Source of the DNA: Vicugna vicugna
Lineage: Eukaryota
Direction: 5' to 3'
Length of the DNA stretch: 64,000 nt
Assembly (NCBI GenBank): GCA_013265495.1
Contig: MU059903.1
Coordinates: 124,001 to 188,000, forward strand
Shown: positions 62,540-64,000 of the stretch, in pieces
Numbering within the stretch: the stretch's first letter is position 1
How the letters are laid out: every line of letters starts with the position of its first letter
Notes under the pieces: generated by a model
The model's database searches: none
Told to the model about the DNA's origin: nothing
Seen by the model: only the letters and a program-made list of their open reading frames with translations
Made by a program: the position numbers and the translations under genes

Positions 62540-64000
62540 GCTTAGAAATAGACTAGAATTGCAGATCTGCCGGCCGATGTCCTCTCTCCCCACACGGTAA
62601 TGGAATAAAATTATTAATCCAGTAATTGTACAGAACACATTACTTTGCATTGAATGCTCCTGGTTCTCATTTTCTGCCAGTGACAATCGGCCTGGGGGTA
62701 CAGATCAGTCCTGCAGGAGCATGGCCAAGAAGAAAGCCCCTCGTTCTCGCCCCGGAGCTCACTGCACCACTGTGATTATTCGGGGCCTAAGACGGCCCTT
62801 GGCTCCAGCCAACAAAACAAAGTTAATAAAATGGATTTTGGAATGAGCTATTTTCCAGCTGCAGCTCAGGCGCCAAAGTCAGGATCCACAGCCAGACGAG
62901 GGACACCACGTCCATCCTGCGAGCGGGGTTGAGGGTTCGCGGAGCCGGGCACGTTGGGCCGGCCAGAGGGCCCCCACGTGTCTGCTGAGTAGTGAGAGAC
63001 CATGTGCGGCGCCTTTACCAGAAAGAAGCTTGGTTTTTGTGTCACGTGGGTCCCCGTGTCGTAAGGGCTCAGTCAATCATGGCCTGCCACCGCGTGCACG
63101 GGGCCTGGGCTGCAAGGTCAGGGCAAAGACTGAGGGAGGGCTGCAGCCAGACTTGGGGCCAGGCTCCAACACCCTCTGAAATGACCCCAAGAGGGCAGAA
63201 CCCACATTCCTGGTTCTGTCTCCCAGCCCTGCTAGACACACCCTGCATCTCGGAAGAAAGATGCATTTGGAGCAGAGGGTAAGTCTGAACGATCGCAGGG
63301 CGGAGGCCTCAACCTGCAGGGTGAGTGCACAGGACTTGGGGGGGCAGGAAGCTGGGCATCTCAGCCTGTTCAATGAAAAGGCCATGCAGGTCTGATCATC
63401 GGAGGCTAAGCGACCTGATCACAGGAGGATAAAGGCCAACACGTCCCATCTTCCTAGAGACGGTGAGAGCTGATTCTGAAGCAGTAACTGCTCTCCAAGC
63501 AAAACGGCAAAAGAGTCTGCCCGCGACTGTGTGCTTATGTGTAAGGTGTGTGACCACACGATGAAACTGGAATCAACACACGCCCCGAGCGGTGTGTGCT
63601 CAACCTGGGTTGTACCAGTGTATGTACGTAAACAGTCCTGGTTTCACGCGCTTTATCACGTCCTTCTTGGAGGGTGGATGTCAATGCCGGAGTGAGGGCC
63701 CTACTATGCGTCCCCAGGATGGACTGGCGGCTTTGTAAGGCAGGCCTTGTCCTTCCTTCCACCCAGATGAAGGACGCGGGTAGTGTCCACTCCGCTGACA
63801 CGCGCTGGAAGTCAATTAGTAAGTGTGCTGTGTTAAAGTTCACTGATCACAGGCCAGTTCACAACCACATGCTGAAGGGGTTGTTTCAAAATGCTGTGTA
63901 TTTGCCACAAGAGGCCCCCGACTCACGTCCACTGAGTCACCCACTGTGGAAGGGAGACTGCAGGAATCACTGGGAAGGCTTCACAGAGCAACACCGTCAG

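Noticed and set aside
63520-63700. Possible antisense L1ME fragment
   Set aside because: Similarity too weak to support by eye.

Overview
Mammalian genomic DNA, most likely camelid: a tRNA-derived SINE at 25249-25381 matches my recollection of the camelid Vic-1 family. The window is very GC- and CpG-rich, like a subtelomeric region, and has one assembly gap (62368-62539). I could not recognise any protein-coding gene; the many six-frame ORFs look like chance products of GC-rich sequence and repeats. The window reads as a large intron or gene desert. It contains old repeats (L1M/L1MB/L1ME, L2, MIR, L3/MIR3, MLT1 LTRs, MER58, a probable ERVL solo LTR), short tandem duplications, a minisatellite, and several AT-rich non-repeat islands dense in transcription-factor motifs. 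The most striking observation is that the only strong CpG island (~20720-21460) appears to be fossil L1 rewritten almost entirely by A/T->G/C substitutions. That tract crosses a nested-insertion junction and ends abruptly inside the same L1. All repeat-family calls come from by-eye comparison with remembered consensus sequences and need RepeatMasker/Dfam confirmation; most repeat boundaries are approximate.
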